Made by a program: the position numbers and the translations under genes | Origin: Podarcis filfolensis | Taxonomy: Eukaryota | Reading direction: 5' to 3' (one strand) | Assembly (NCBI GenBank): GCA_964270895.1 | Contig: OZ185437.1 | Length of the DNA: 64,000 nucleotides | Notes under the pieces: model-generated | Databases searched by the model: none | The model's input: the letters and a program-made list of their open reading frames with translations, nothing else | Told to the model about the DNA's origin: nothing | Shown here: piece after piece, positions 49,276 through 61,831 of the stretch | Layout: the number at the start of each line of letters is the position of its first letter | How positions within the stretch are numbered: position 1 is the stretch's first letter

Positions 49276-49889
49276 GATTTAAAGAGTCAGAAGTTATTCT
49301 AGAGGATAGTTTCCTCCATTCATTGGGAAATATGCTACCTCCGCCTTATCAAGGACTTTATTCATAGTTTCCCTTCCCCTCCATTGTTGCCTGGATTCTT
49401 AGCTTGCCTAAATGACCATTTGTCACGTCCTGTGTAGATTTAATTTAAAAGAGCTGATAGAGGAAGTACTGTCCCTTCAAGGCAACTATGTAATTACTGG
49501 AAAGCACTCTAGAAACCCAGAAATGGTAAATATATTGAAGGTAATTCACAGTGAATAGACTTCAGCAACTACCATCCATTTTATTGCTGCATTTCTAAAT
49601 TGCTTCATTGCAGTTCCCTTTCAGAGGCTCTATTGAAGCTCACTTGTATTGTTTTAAGAACATGTCTGACGTAATACCAGCTGACAGGGAAAAGTAATTA
49701 TTTTATATACAGTGTGTGTTACGGTTGTCACAATCTTTATTATGGGAATTGAAAATCTAGAGTAGCAGTGAACTGTTAAGAGGAGGAGGAAGAGCGGCTA
49801 CTTTTCACTTTACCTGGAGAGTAAATTATATTTATGTCAGCACATATTGCTGCATGTTTAAAATCAACTTTTCTCTAGCTCTGATGAAC

Positions 49890-50057
49890 AGAAAGGCCTA
49901 GCTATGTGGAGCACATGCTTAGAATGCAGAAGGTCCCAGGTAGCAAGTGACGTTAGACCCGTGCCTGAGATCCTAATGCCAGTCATGATAGACAAAACTG
50001 AGCAAGATGGACAAGTAGTCTGAATTAACAATAGATAGCAGCTTTCTTGGTTCCTAA
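49890..50057 (+). mobile_element. Degenerate tRNA-derived SINE
   Basis: gagcacatgctt...gcagaaggtcccagg head; actgagcaagatggac...gcagctttcttggttccta tail. Confidence 0.55.
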
Positions 50058-50542
50058 ATTTGTGTTCCTGTAATGACAGGTGAGATATAGAGTGCATGGT
50101 GGAAATTTGGTTTTACCAAGAGGGACACATGACTGTGTTGCTTGTCCGCTTTAACCCCATTACAAATGGCTATCAGAAAGTATTAAGCACATATGGTTAC
50201 AAAGATATGGCCGGTTTTGTGGTGGTGGTGCCATAGGTTGTATCCAACCCTCCTGTTGCAAAAGTGGAACATACATTGGCGCATTCAATGGGACTTCCTC
50301 ATCCTCTCCTTCTCCACTGTGCTCCCTTCAAAGTCTACTTTGGAGAGTTGGGGGAGCCTCCATAGTATAAAAGGTGGATAACTGATTGCTTTCATAAAGC
50401 AATATAACCACACTTTAGTAAGGGAAATATTATTTGTACAAACCATTCTAAAGAGACCACTGCATACCAGCACAGGACATTTTGAGAGGAATGCAATGGA
50501 TAAACTGCCACCCTGACCCTTTGGGAAGACAGGTGGGATATA

Positions 50543-50570
50543 CATTCATTCATTCATTCATTCATTCATT
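50543..50570. repeat. (CATT)7 microsatellite, probably the tail of an L2 remnant
   Basis: Direct reading; preceded by gccaccctgaccctttggg...gggatata. Confidence 0.9.
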
Positions 50571-53063
50571 CAGTAAGTAAGTAAACTATGGAGAAAATTT
50601 CTGAGGCAATTTCTCCTACGATTCTTTGGGGTCTTTAAATATCTATAACTTCTACCTATATGCTTCTTGCTAGCTTCTACCTTACCCCCACTCCCCGATG
50701 ACCTGAACCATGTCTCCCATCATCTCTAAAAGGTGGTTAGTTGTCCCAGTCCCAACCCAGATGCTCTCTAGTCTCCACCTGCTTCCCCCACCAGAACATG
50801 CTACACAAGCATGAAAAAGTTTTTTATGATAGACATTATATTACCAGATGTATTTGCTTACAGTTTATAGACAGCACAGGGAAGGTTATAGAGCTTTATG
50901 TACCATCATGTTTTTCAATTAAATGTAACGTACAGTGCTCAAAGCCATGAATGGCTGGGCACTCAGCGCACGGCTAGCTATGCATCGAAAGATAACTGCA
51001 CATTTTGTTAATTGTAAAACGCATCTTCTTGGTAAAAAGTCAGTGGAAATTGCATTACTGCAGAATGGATTTGGTAAGGCAGGAAATTGGTGGATTCTAA
51101 ATGTTTTGTAACATACTTTTCATCTCCTAGTAATGGAGGTGGGTTTTCACTCAGATTCCATCAATATATGCCTTTCAGCAAGTAAAAACATCAGGTCTGG
51201 GCTAGCAGCTGCTACTGTAGACCTAAGGAAATACTGTTGGTGTGAGAGAGGTTTAGAAGTGAGATTCCTACCCTCCAGTAGCAGAGTTAAGTACAATGGT
51301 GATTGCTCCAGGCATATTAAAACTTGGTTAGATTTTACATCGGCCATCAGTCACCTTTAAACAAACATTCCCCACACAAAAATACTTGGGCTAGAATAAA
51401 TCACAGATACTTAAAAGTCACAGGGGGAAAGAAAGTACACTCTCTATGAATTCTATGGTTTTACATACCAGGACATAACAACAACCATCTGTTTTTTAGC
51501 TGGTTTTAAAATTAAATATACACAACCTCAGATGAACAACACATGACATATTACACACCATGTCATGATTTATTTAACAGAAATAAAGCCAAAATGGAGA
51601 ACCCAGATGTGGGAAATCTGCATGAGCATACACACAGGTAGTGCAGAAAGGATGAGTTATCCTTGTCTAGACCGCCATCTTCTAACACAGCTTGCCTTGG
51701 GCAGAGAGGGGGGCCTGGCTATGGAGATGAGAGCTGTGTGCAGGCATGCCAGTCTACATGGCGTCCTGTCAGGGTAGGCAGAGTGAAGGAGGAAGGCAGA
51801 ATTCTGCTTAGCCGCGTTGGGTAGCACAACTGTGAAGTGGCTCCTGCCCTTGATAAAAACACATGATGCATGCTGATTAGCCTCAAAAGGCTGCTCTGAA
51901 TTTGGAGTGGGAGCGGAGGGTGACAGCCCATGTCAATTGAATCGCTACTACCTAATCCCAAGCAGCTAATGCTCTTCAAGTGGCATGAAATTCAACCAAA
52001 GTACTTTTTCCAACAAGTCAAACTAATTGGCTGCCGGCAGAAACTTTTAATTAGCTACAGCTTCAACAAGAAGGTTTAACAAGCAGTATCTGATCTTTCA
52101 CCCGCTGCAGTCAGCTCTCCACTACAATAGGGAATACATGCTGCCAAGATTCACAAAGTGGACTAATGATTTTCACCGAAAACTAAACATGCTCCCCATC
52201 GGTACATTTCTATTAGAAACCTGGCCATTTTGCTTATCAATGCATTGATGCTCCTCACCTCCTGCACAGCACCAGGGCCCATTTCTGGTACATAAAGCAG
52301 CCAAGGCTCACTTGAGTTTCCTTTCTTATACAAACCAGACTCCACAGAGTGAAAATGCAAAAAGGCCCACATAGATTTTCATCACTCCTCCTCTACTAAT
52401 ACCAGGTTTATCTGGACTCCTCAGACTTACTTTCCCTTTAACAATTAATCAAAAACCATTCCAATTATACTTAGTTCTTTGACCCTAATCTAACTCTTTA
52501 TAAAGTACGTCTTTCGCGCATTATGGAAACTGCTTTGTTCTGTTCAATTGTTGTATTAAAAGGGTAAAACCTAAAAACTGAACGTATTTTTAAAAACCAA
52601 CATGGCTGCTGCTAGCTTCATGGAAGCTATTGCATCAGACCTGTTGTTCCTTTTCCCCAATATCAACTGTGTATGGAGTGGCTTTTTACAGTGCAAGTTG
52701 GCACCCAGAGGCACTCTATTATTGTTATGACATTAGCAAAATGCTCTTCCTGCTGTTACAAAGATATACATGCAAGGGAAAGCCTAGCTCAACAGCTTAT
52801 GAAATCAGTCCCCTGAAAGCCTTGTGCTGCCTAGAGCTTCTCCCTTTTCCATGATGGCAGGCATATCTTAGGTTGCAGTGACGGACAGCAGAGTCAGACC
52901 AGAGTTTGGTGATGCAGTTCCACTGAAACTCCACCAGAGTGCGGGAACCCCTCGCCCATTGGCTATGGAGTCAGATAGCACTTTGCGGGGAAGAATAAAA
53001 GGAGCAGTTTCTGAGGGAGTTAGGGGACTCGGCTAGACTGGTAAAGAAAAAGTGATTTATATG

Positions 53064-53892
53064 TGTCAGGGAATCAGGAGCAGGAGCACTGGGGAGAGAG
53101 GAATTGGAGAGCGAAGGGGAAGAATCCGAGGGCAGCGTAGGGGAGTATGACAGTGGCCCGAGAGATTCCATGAGCTTCTCCAGCGAATCAGAAGATTCCC
53201 AGAAGGGGGCGCCGATGGTCAGGGCAAGGGGGGTCCCAGGGGGGACGCACCAGAAACAAGGAGCCAGAGGGGAACCCCAAAGCAGCAGTGGAGAATCGGG
53301 ACCAGTTTCCCCACCAGAGCGTAGTGGGGGGGAAGAGTCACATGTGTCAGGGCCAGCGTCTCCTCCAGCGGGGAGAGAGAGTGAGTCAGGGCTGACCACG
53401 CCTCCATCGGAGAGTGGGGGAACGGAAGGGAGGTCAGTTGCAGCTAGCCCCCCCCCCCGAAGGGGGAAGCAGTGACAGCAGCAGTGAAACGGTCAGGAGG
53501 AAAGCTGCTGGCTGGGCGCGCGCGCCAAGTTCAAATGTGCAGGCGCGCGGAACAGCAGGAGACCCGGATGGGGAACCAGCTCCTAAAGCCCGCCGGAGGG
53601 AGGGAGAAGGCTCAGGGGAATCAGCGGGAGAAGAGGCTAGAAAGGGCGGAACCCCGGCGGGCAGGGGGACCCAGAGGAGGAAGGAGCAGCGGAGAAGGTG
53701 GAGCAAGGCTAGAATCTTAAATTGGTGTCAAGGGGGAGGAGACTCAGACGGAGCATCAGCGGTCTGACACTTGAGACGTAGAGCTGCGCGCTGCGGCTCT
53801 GGAAGTGAAACTGAACTTCAATAAAGACTTTTATACTTAACAACGAAGCAGCGTTGGTCCTTTGTGAGCTGGGACCTAGGGTAGCTCTGACA
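53064..53892 (+). mobile_element. Solo LTR (829 bp) of an LTR retroelement (Gypsy- or ERV-like)
   Basis: Termini TGTCAG...CTGACA (6-bp inverted); perfect 5-bp TSD atatg at 53059-53063 and 53893-53897; AATAAA at 53820-53825; CpG-rich. Confidence 0.88.
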
Positions 53893-56614
53893 ATATGTCT
53901 ATGTGTAATATAACATTGTGCTACCAGGTGGCGATGTACAGTCCCATTTTTCTCTACCTGTTTTCCCCGTTTAAATTTACACTTTAAACTGAAAGAATTC
54001 TGGGAGCTGCAGAGTTCCCTGAGAAGTGTTTTGGTTGTTCAACTGCTCTTGAAATTGTAGCTCTATGAAGTCAGGGGTCTTTTAACAACTCTCAGCAATT
54101 TTAACAAACTACAGCTCCCAGAATTCTTTGGCGGAAGTCCTGACTGGTATCAGAGTGTTTTAAATGTATGGTTTGAGTGTCGCCATAGTTCCACAGTGCA
54201 CATTGCAGACTGACAGTCCATCCCCTGTTAATCTCTCTTTGTGGTCTAAAGTTGCAAATGCACATTCCCCATGTGCCCACTGTGAGATGGTACAAACCAC
54301 TGAAAAATCTATTGCATGTACACAGCTACACATCTGGATAACCTACAAGCTCCTAAGGTACCTTCCTTATTTCTGTAGACTAAATGTGGGTTAAAAAAAG
54401 AAACTGAATTAAGCACAAAACTCTTTTAAGATAGTTCAGGAGTGTGACATGAGGCACTGGGTAAGATACAAACTAGTGCAAGTGGGTGTCTGCTTGTGCA
54501 ATGGGGATTCTCCTTCCTCTTCTCCTCTCTCCCTGCCCCCAAATCTGCCGTGGGTGGTTGGAATACACCCATAGCACTTTTTGAGGGCATGTGGAAGGTT
54601 CTGGGAGGCAGAGAGAAGAGAAACGGGAATTGTTGCAGGATCAAATTTCCATTGTGCAATCAGGCAGACATAACTGGATGTCGCCCACTGCTATGCTGTT
54701 AACATTTTGACACCACTAATGTCTCTGGTGTATGGGTTTTGCAGTGTGTTTCAGAAACACTGAGTGATATTTGTATTAATGCTTACACCCCAGTAACAAG
54801 ACTACTATCATCTCATCATCAACCCTCTAAGGAAGAGAGAAAAGACCCTTGTTATCTTTTCCCACTCAAACCCCTTTCTGTTGAGTAACACAACTGTACC
54901 CTGCTTTTCTGTACACTGCTTAGGAATTCTTTAACCAATTTATACACATATAAAATTCTAAATAAAATACAATATGTAGTTTGTAGAAGGCAGGTACTAA
55001 ATTCCATTAAACCTTTGTTGGGTCTATAATTGAGAACAAGGCAATAATGGTCTTGTTTAAAATGGTACCACCAAATTGTTAGGTTTCCCAATGATTGTGC
55101 AATATTAAATTACTACTGCTCTCCAAGGCTACTTTTAAAAAAATACTTACATTGTCAGATAAAGCAGACTAATGGCTAACTGAACAGCACAAACAGATGC
55201 TGCAGGTAACAGGAATAAATAAACCATACAAAATGAATGATGCTTCTCACTGTTACTGACAGGTTTAAAAGGCGAAGTCTGCCACAGTTAGGTGGACCTT
55301 GCAAAAATGAGATGCAAGTGTCAGCAATGCTGAAGCAAGATTACAATTTCCATCACCTTTTCAAGCCATGCCAATTTGTATTTTGATGCATACCTCTTAC
55401 ATTTTCTACTTAAGGGATATCCAGCAACCACATGTTAAGATCTTGTATCTTTAATACATTTGCCTCCTGCGTCCAGGCATTATTGAAGGAGAGCCACTTT
55501 ATCAATAAATGCCAGGGTTTCCATACAAACTCGAAGAATATTTCAACCATTTCACATTTCTGGGTGTTTGCTTTTTCACCTTTGAGTTCAGCTGTGGAGC
55601 AATGCTGCCACCTATGGAGGCTGTGAAGAAAAGTCCCACAAATAAAAATGGAGAAAGTTCAAGACAATTGTTCGGACCAGAAACAAATGAGAAGATGGAG
55701 TATACCAAAAACAAATCAGAAACTGGGCATTTGGATTTAAAAACAATCAAACAGATGTGTCATCTTTTAGACCTGGGCATAGACTTCTGCTATTCACTGT
55801 GGCTACTTTCCCAAATAAACCAAGGAAGGGGAAGGAACATGTCAATGTGAGACTCAAATACCACAGGCATAGCAAAAACATGGAAACCAAGTGCTGTAAA
55901 TTAATAGCTTGTATATAGTGTGTAGGAAATCATTTTTGCCCGAGGGACAGTTCTCCTCCCCTCCCCCCATCTCATAGGGCCACCCACCTTTCAATCATCT
56001 GGGGCAATGGTTGAACTTTTTGCTCAGCAGCTGATGAATGGGCAGTCCGATTCTGCTCTCTGCAGGGGTCTGTTTTGCCAGCAGGATTGAACCCCAGTGA
56101 CTTCAGCTGACTGACAGGTGGATGTGGCTCGGGGTAAATGCCCTCATGGGGCAAATTAGATCTACTGGTGAGCAAAGACCAGTCTACAAACCAGAAGTTC
56201 CTCACTCCTGTTGTATTCATTAGGCAAAACACTCCCACACAGCCCCAAAACGAATAAAATACCGACAAAAAAAACCAAACAACACCCCTCATGCAAACAA
56301 AGAAGAAGCAATTTCAATGTAAATTGTAGCATTGGGAGGGGCAAGCAGCTCTGGCTGGCTCCAAGGGAGATGTCTGAGGATGCAATGGTGACCCACTGGG
56401 GCCCTGGTTTAGATATATGTAAATACAGAACTAGGTAGATGTCACATTGTATTAAATTAAATGGCATACAAGGATCTGACTGCATATGTGTGTCATTAGA
56501 TTCAGTGCAGAGACAAGTCTTTGGACTGCTCCCCCCCCCCCGAGACTTCTGTTTTCAAAGACGTGCCCTATGCAACAACACACATACACAGAAAAGGAAA
56601 ACACAGACTCACCA

Positions 56615-59107
56615 TTTTTCATCGGAAACATTTTATGTACAAATCTACACAAGTGTGGTGACTCCCCACCCTTCCCCATTAACTAGTCAGTGTATCTGTT
56701 GTGTATACTCCACGTATACACCTCATAAATCAAATTAGATTATGAAAATTCATTTACATATATAAAAGAGCTGTTCAAATAGTAATAAAAATGGCACTAA
56801 CCCTGCAACAAAAGTTATTTTTTAAAAAATCAAATCTACAGGCCATTTGTAGTTTAATGACCGCTACAGATGTTCCCGGCAGCAGTAATTGTTTCTGATT
56901 CAAATACCTAAAATTTCCCTTGCAATTGAGTCTGATTTGCAGCAACTACATACTGTAAAGTATTACAAAGGTTGCATAATGCATCTCGTATTACCTGTTA
57001 AACTAGGTTCCAGATTCATAAACTATTCTGCCTTTAAAATTTCCTCTTTACCAGAGATGGCTAGTGGGAATCCCCAGTTATGGCTGCATGCCAATCAAGG
57101 AGAGAAGGGAAAGCCATCCTGGTAGCCATGTGGACTGTGGCAGGAGAGATAAGAGTTCCAGGAGTTTACACCTTAAGGATGCAGGATTCACAGCCCTCCC
57201 GATGCTGTCAAACTACAACTCCCATCAGCCCCTGCCAGCATGACAAATGGCCAGGGATGATGGGAGTCCAAAAACACCAGGAGGTCCAGAGATTCCCTGT
57301 GCTAGCTAGTTCCTGCTTGGACAAGCTTTCTTCTCCTTACTTTATTGACCTGAAACAGTCAAATCCCACCAAAGTACCAGATCATGAAGGGTGAAGCTTC
57401 GAAAACCAATACAGTCAATTAATGGCAGGAGATTAGGTCGCAATTCCCTGGGAATGTTGCAAGTGCAGATACCACTGAGGTTTGTGCCTCTGAACATCTG
57501 ACTCTTCTGATAGCCTATTAATTGTGCAGCAAGAGAAGCTAGAATAATTTCAGTGACACAGGAGCACATGGTTTGTCAGTGGTGCAAGAGCTCATAGCTA
57601 CCGCCAAAAATGACTGTCAGTAATACTCCCTTATTGAAAATAGGAAGGCATCTTAAGACTTGCATCCTAGCAGTAATACATTTCATCCTCTTTTTGTCAT
57701 TATTTATACAAGCTTAATTTCTGTTGATTTTGTTTCTGAAGAACAAAATGCAAAGGTCAACATGTCCTTGCAGACATCTGCTGTGAGCCCCACCTACGTA
57801 AGGTAAATGCTCATCTGCATACAATTAGCCTCACCTCTTCCACTGTGGGGAGAAAAACACATCTTTATGTTCAACCACAAGTGAATCACTTTTGATGACA
57901 ACTTTGTTGTTAAGAGAATGCTTAAGCAAAGCCCAGGGCCATACCTTTCATTGTGAGACTTTCAGCCATGTTAATCTGCACAGAATGCACAACAGTGTGC
58001 TCAACGACTACACTGTAAGCTTCAACGTGAGTATGCTGAAATTAAAAGGTCATGAATATTATCTTTGGACTTCACTGACTTTAGACAATACTGAATTGAA
58101 AACATTATCTGTGCATATGTCTAAGACATTGGGGGGATATTGGACCCTTGAATGATCATTGATATGACTAGTCACATTAATACCATACAGGGAGACACTA
58201 TACATATTATTCTTTTCCCAACCTGCGTAGATTGCCCAGTGTGAGTATTGCACTCATCACACAGAAGCATCTATATTCAAATTTTCACACTATTGTCAAC
58301 ATGGAATTATGAAGGAAATGCCTAATATGTTATGGAACTTAAGTTCCATATATATTTCCTTTCCCTAGAATGCTTATATTTGTAGCAGCTCATTAAGAAT
58401 TGAGAAGACTGTGGAATCTAGGGTGGTAATACAGAGATTTTCTTTGGTTTACTGGCTTCATAGCAATACATTTTTCATCACAACGATCACAGGAATTGTT
58501 TCCGGGTAAAGATAGTTTTGTCAGTATTATGTCACATTAGCTTTCCCCTATGAATGTGTTTCTGGGGACAGAAAGAGTAGGTACATCGTTTTGTGTGACT
58601 TAAACAAATGCATGTAGTAAGTTTGTGTGGCACTCTTTGTGCCACTATTGTCCTGATTACATAGGGAATACAAGCACCATTTATAATTTGGACGGCCCAA
58701 TGAAGGAACATCTAATTTTTACAGATGTCTGCATTATAAAAAATTGACCCTTAATTGGAGAAATGAAGCCATAACAAGCAATCTGAAAGTAATGGGAATT
58801 AGATGGGACCATACCAAAGGCACAATGATTCCCATAAGAAAAAAGTTCTGTACATACTGTTCCTGTGCAACAAAATCAGTTAAGATCACACAGCTACCTG
58901 CCCTACCAGTTTTGCTACAGTAGTTTGCACTGACTTGGGAGAAAGGGAGAAGGCTTCCTGTAAGCCAACTGCAGCACTGACAATGCCCCTTAACAGTGCA
59001 ATATTTGTGACGTATCCAATGAATACATCACGCTTTTATTTTGGTGCACGTGAACATTCGTTTTACAAAAATCAGTCACAGTTATCTCTTTGTAAATTAA
59101 AAAAAAG
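56615..59107 (-). other. ARHGAP18: Inferred ARHGAP18 3'UTR (distal end uncertain)
   Basis: AT-rich sequence after the TGA stop, ending at a UGUA-UGUA-CATAAA block followed by a GU-rich tract. Confidence 0.5.
57168..57300. mobile_element. Degenerate hAT-type MITE within the inferred ARHGAP18 3'UTR
   Basis: ccctccgatgctgtcaaactacaactcccatcagccc...gggatgatgggagtccaaaaacaccaggagg. Confidence 0.55.
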
Positions 59108-59199
59108 TCAGCAGTTTTTAGATTTTATAACCCACTCAGCATTTGGGTTTAGCTGATGCAAATCCTTCATGTAGGTATCATCATCCAGGCAGCGTTCAC
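59108..59199 (-). CDS. ARHGAP18: ARHGAP18 terminal coding exon
   Basis: Minus strand tttcctaacag|GTGAACGC...TGCTGA; GERCLDDDTYMKDLHQLNPNAEWVIKSKNC*. Confidence 0.95.
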
Positions 59200-60164
59200 C
59201 TGTTAGGAAAACACATATATTATGTAAAACTACAGATTATTTTGAAAATGATTAAGACTGTATGCAAATAGGAATAAGTCCTATTGAGCTTAGTGGAAGT
59301 TGTTTCTGTGTCAACATGCATCGGATTATGGAAACAGAGGAAATGAGGACCAACCAAGGGATAAAACAAAACCACAACTTTATTAACTCTGATTGAGTTA
59401 ATAACTGAAGCAAACCATAACACCTAATCACAGAGTGATCTCAGCAGATCAGATGCTGAATTCTAAGTGAGTTCCACACTGGTTCAGAGACAGAAGAAGT
59501 AAAAACCACTGAGCGGTCAACTGCCACGCTTCGTGGTACACTGAGGGAATCCATGCTAAATTCACCCTCCAAGCCAGTTACTTTTAGAAGTCCAGCATGC
59601 CCCCAGCTTCCTCACCCCAATTGTCTTGAAAGGATGGTCACTTTATGTTTCACCTTAAGGAGCACACCAATCTTTACTGCTCGCTCTTTTACTTGTATTA
59701 TTCCAGCAGTTGTGAACGTATAATGATAATCTAATTAATTAGGCCCTGTGCAATACATCTCCCCTGCTGAGAATCCTACTCAGATCTGAAGCTGGCCAGT
59801 TAATACCATACCATGGCTAAAGGGAGAGTGGGTGGGTGCTGAGCTCCCTACAAACCTATTGCCTGTTTTTTGAGGCAGTGCTGATTAATACAGCCCTCAA
59901 TCCTCATTGGCTGCCACTGCAGGAGGACACACATTGCCAATAAATCCTCATCTCGCTCTTTCTACTCCTGTACATTCAAACCTGCACATCAGGGGAAAGC
60001 TTCTAGCCTAATTATTGACATACGTGACTTCCAAAACAATAGGTATTGGGGGCACTTCCATGCAAGAAATTACTCATACACCTGTATGAGGTCATTCCAG
60101 CTGCGACATGTGCTTTAAGCAAAGTTTGAAACCAGCACCAAGTCTACAGTGTAAAGAGCCTTAC

Positions 60165-60226
60165 CAATGTTCCCTCCAACTTCATATAAAAACACTTCTT
60201 CTTTCTTCAGAGACTGGACGGTCCCA
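60165..60226 (-). CDS. ARHGAP18: ARHGAP18 penultimate coding exon
   Basis: Minus strand cctttgtag|TGGGACC...ACATTG|gtaagg; 62 nt; (S)GTVQSLKKEEVFLYEVGGNI; phases fit both neighbours. Confidence 0.95.
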
Positions 60227-60611
60227 CTACAAAGGAATGCAACAAAATTATTCAGCAGAGTACCAAATAACATGCAACCAAAAGCTACTAGATGGGCTTA
60301 GGAAAATGCTCTACAGCTCAGGAGATTTGCCAGTGCGCTAAAATTATCTTGCTATCTTTCTCCATCTGTTAACTTACTGAATAAACATCTCATATTGGGA
60401 TGATTAGAAAAAGGAGCTACACGCTACAATGAATTGCATGGAAACAAAATTACTTGTAGAAACTCATATACTCAAAGGTCCACAAAGGTGATTTGCGGAA
60501 TCCTATAGTTCCCAAGATGCCCTCACAGAGACCCACAGCACCATGCCCTAAATATACACTGGTCCCTTGAGCTTAATTATGTCAGGGTGCGTTTGTTTTT
60601 TTCTTGCTGTA

Positions 60612-60746
60612 NNNNNNNNNNNNNNNNNNNNNNNNNNNNNNNNNNNNNNNNNNNNNNNNNNNNNNNNNNNNNNNNNNNNNNNNNNNNNNNNNNNNNNNNN
60701 NNNNNNNNNNNNNNNNNNNNNNNNNNNNNNNNNNNNNNNNNNNNNN
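60612..60746. other. Assembly gap (135 N) in the ARHGAP18 intron between the 125-nt and 62-nt exons
   Basis: Run of n; it begins 31 nt past the donor site at 60777. Confidence 1.
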
Positions 60747-60777
60747 GGGAGAAAATGAGAGACAGAAATGCTTGTAC

Positions 60778-60902
60778 CTTTTTTGGCTGAGGAACCTGGC
60801 CACTACATCACAAGCTTTTAGTTCTTCCGTCAGCTGGATTGCCATGGAAACTTTGGAAAGATGAGGCGCTTGCACCCGTATTACTCCCTGAGGAACATCA
60901 GC
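60778..60902 (-). CDS. ARHGAP18: ARHGAP18 third-from-last coding exon
   Basis: Minus strand gctttgcag|GCTGAT...AAAAAG|gtacaa; 125 nt; ADVPQGVIRVQAPHLSKVSMAIQLTEELKACDVVARFLSQK matches the ARHGAP18 C-terminal region. Confidence 0.95.
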
Positions 60903-61784
60903 CTGCAAAGCAATAATGGAATTGGAATGGAGCAGCTTGCAGCTGGCTTTGAGGAGTTTCTCCAAACATAGTGCAGAATAAATAGTTGGGACAGCTCACG
61001 TACTGAATACTCAAGTTAGGGATATTGTATGGAGAGCAAGATGGCGGGGTGGGTGGGAATTACCAGTTATACAATTTTGCAAAATGCTTACAGACGCCTA
61101 TATTTTATATTGTTACCACCACATTTGCACAGTCAGGGCACATTATGAAGCATGCTTTTGTGATGTTACATTTGCACATTAATCGGATCCTGTTGTGTAC
61201 CGGAAACTAACAAAATATTATTCTTAATTGTACCTTAGGTTATTATAAGAACATTTCTGAACCAATTAGATATTTTTTAACCAAATGTGAATTCTCTTTT
61301 CAGTTATACTACAGACCTAAAGAAAAGCTTTTATGCAACTCTTAATTGCAAAATGTGAAGAAATGAGTTTAATTTCAAATTCTGAATGAACTATCTCATA
61401 TCAAATTATAAAATGAAATTGCTTTTAAAATCTTAGGGTTCTTTCCTTCTTTAAAATCCAACACATCCTACATAAAATTTTATTAAAACCTATCTTATTA
61501 GTTGTAATCCTTGGATAACCTCTGGAAGGTTTTTGCTACTATAGCCTGGCTTCTCATTTACTAGATTTAATAACGGGAAAGAAAGCATTGGTAGTGCCAG
61601 CAGAGCAGGTGGGATCCACTTCTCAGCTTGCAAAAAAAGAAAATACAAACTCTTTTTTATTACAGAACAGAGGCACAGATAATAAGGGATAGGTGAGTTG
61701 GGAAGCTATATGTAGAGGGTTACAAAGTCTTCCTATTAATCTGTAGGTCAAGAAACCAATAGCTTCCAACTCCTTCCAGAAACT

Positions 61785-61785
<1 letters not shown>

Positions 61786-61830
<45 letters not shown>
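61786..61830. repeat. (TAA)15 microsatellite
   Basis: Direct reading. Confidence 0.98.

Positions 61831-61831
<1 letters not shown>

Noticed and set aside
53345-53769. Nested LTR inside the solo LTR (tgtcag...ctgaca)
   Set aside because: The flanks acatg and cttga do not form a TSD.
59108-59122. C-terminal Cys of ARHGAP18 (KSKNC*) as a prenylation signal
   Set aside because: The Cys is the last residue rather than at -4, so it is not CaaX, and it is not a CC or CXC motif.
60567-60864. ORFs spanning the N run
   Set aside because: These are artefacts of translating through the gap.
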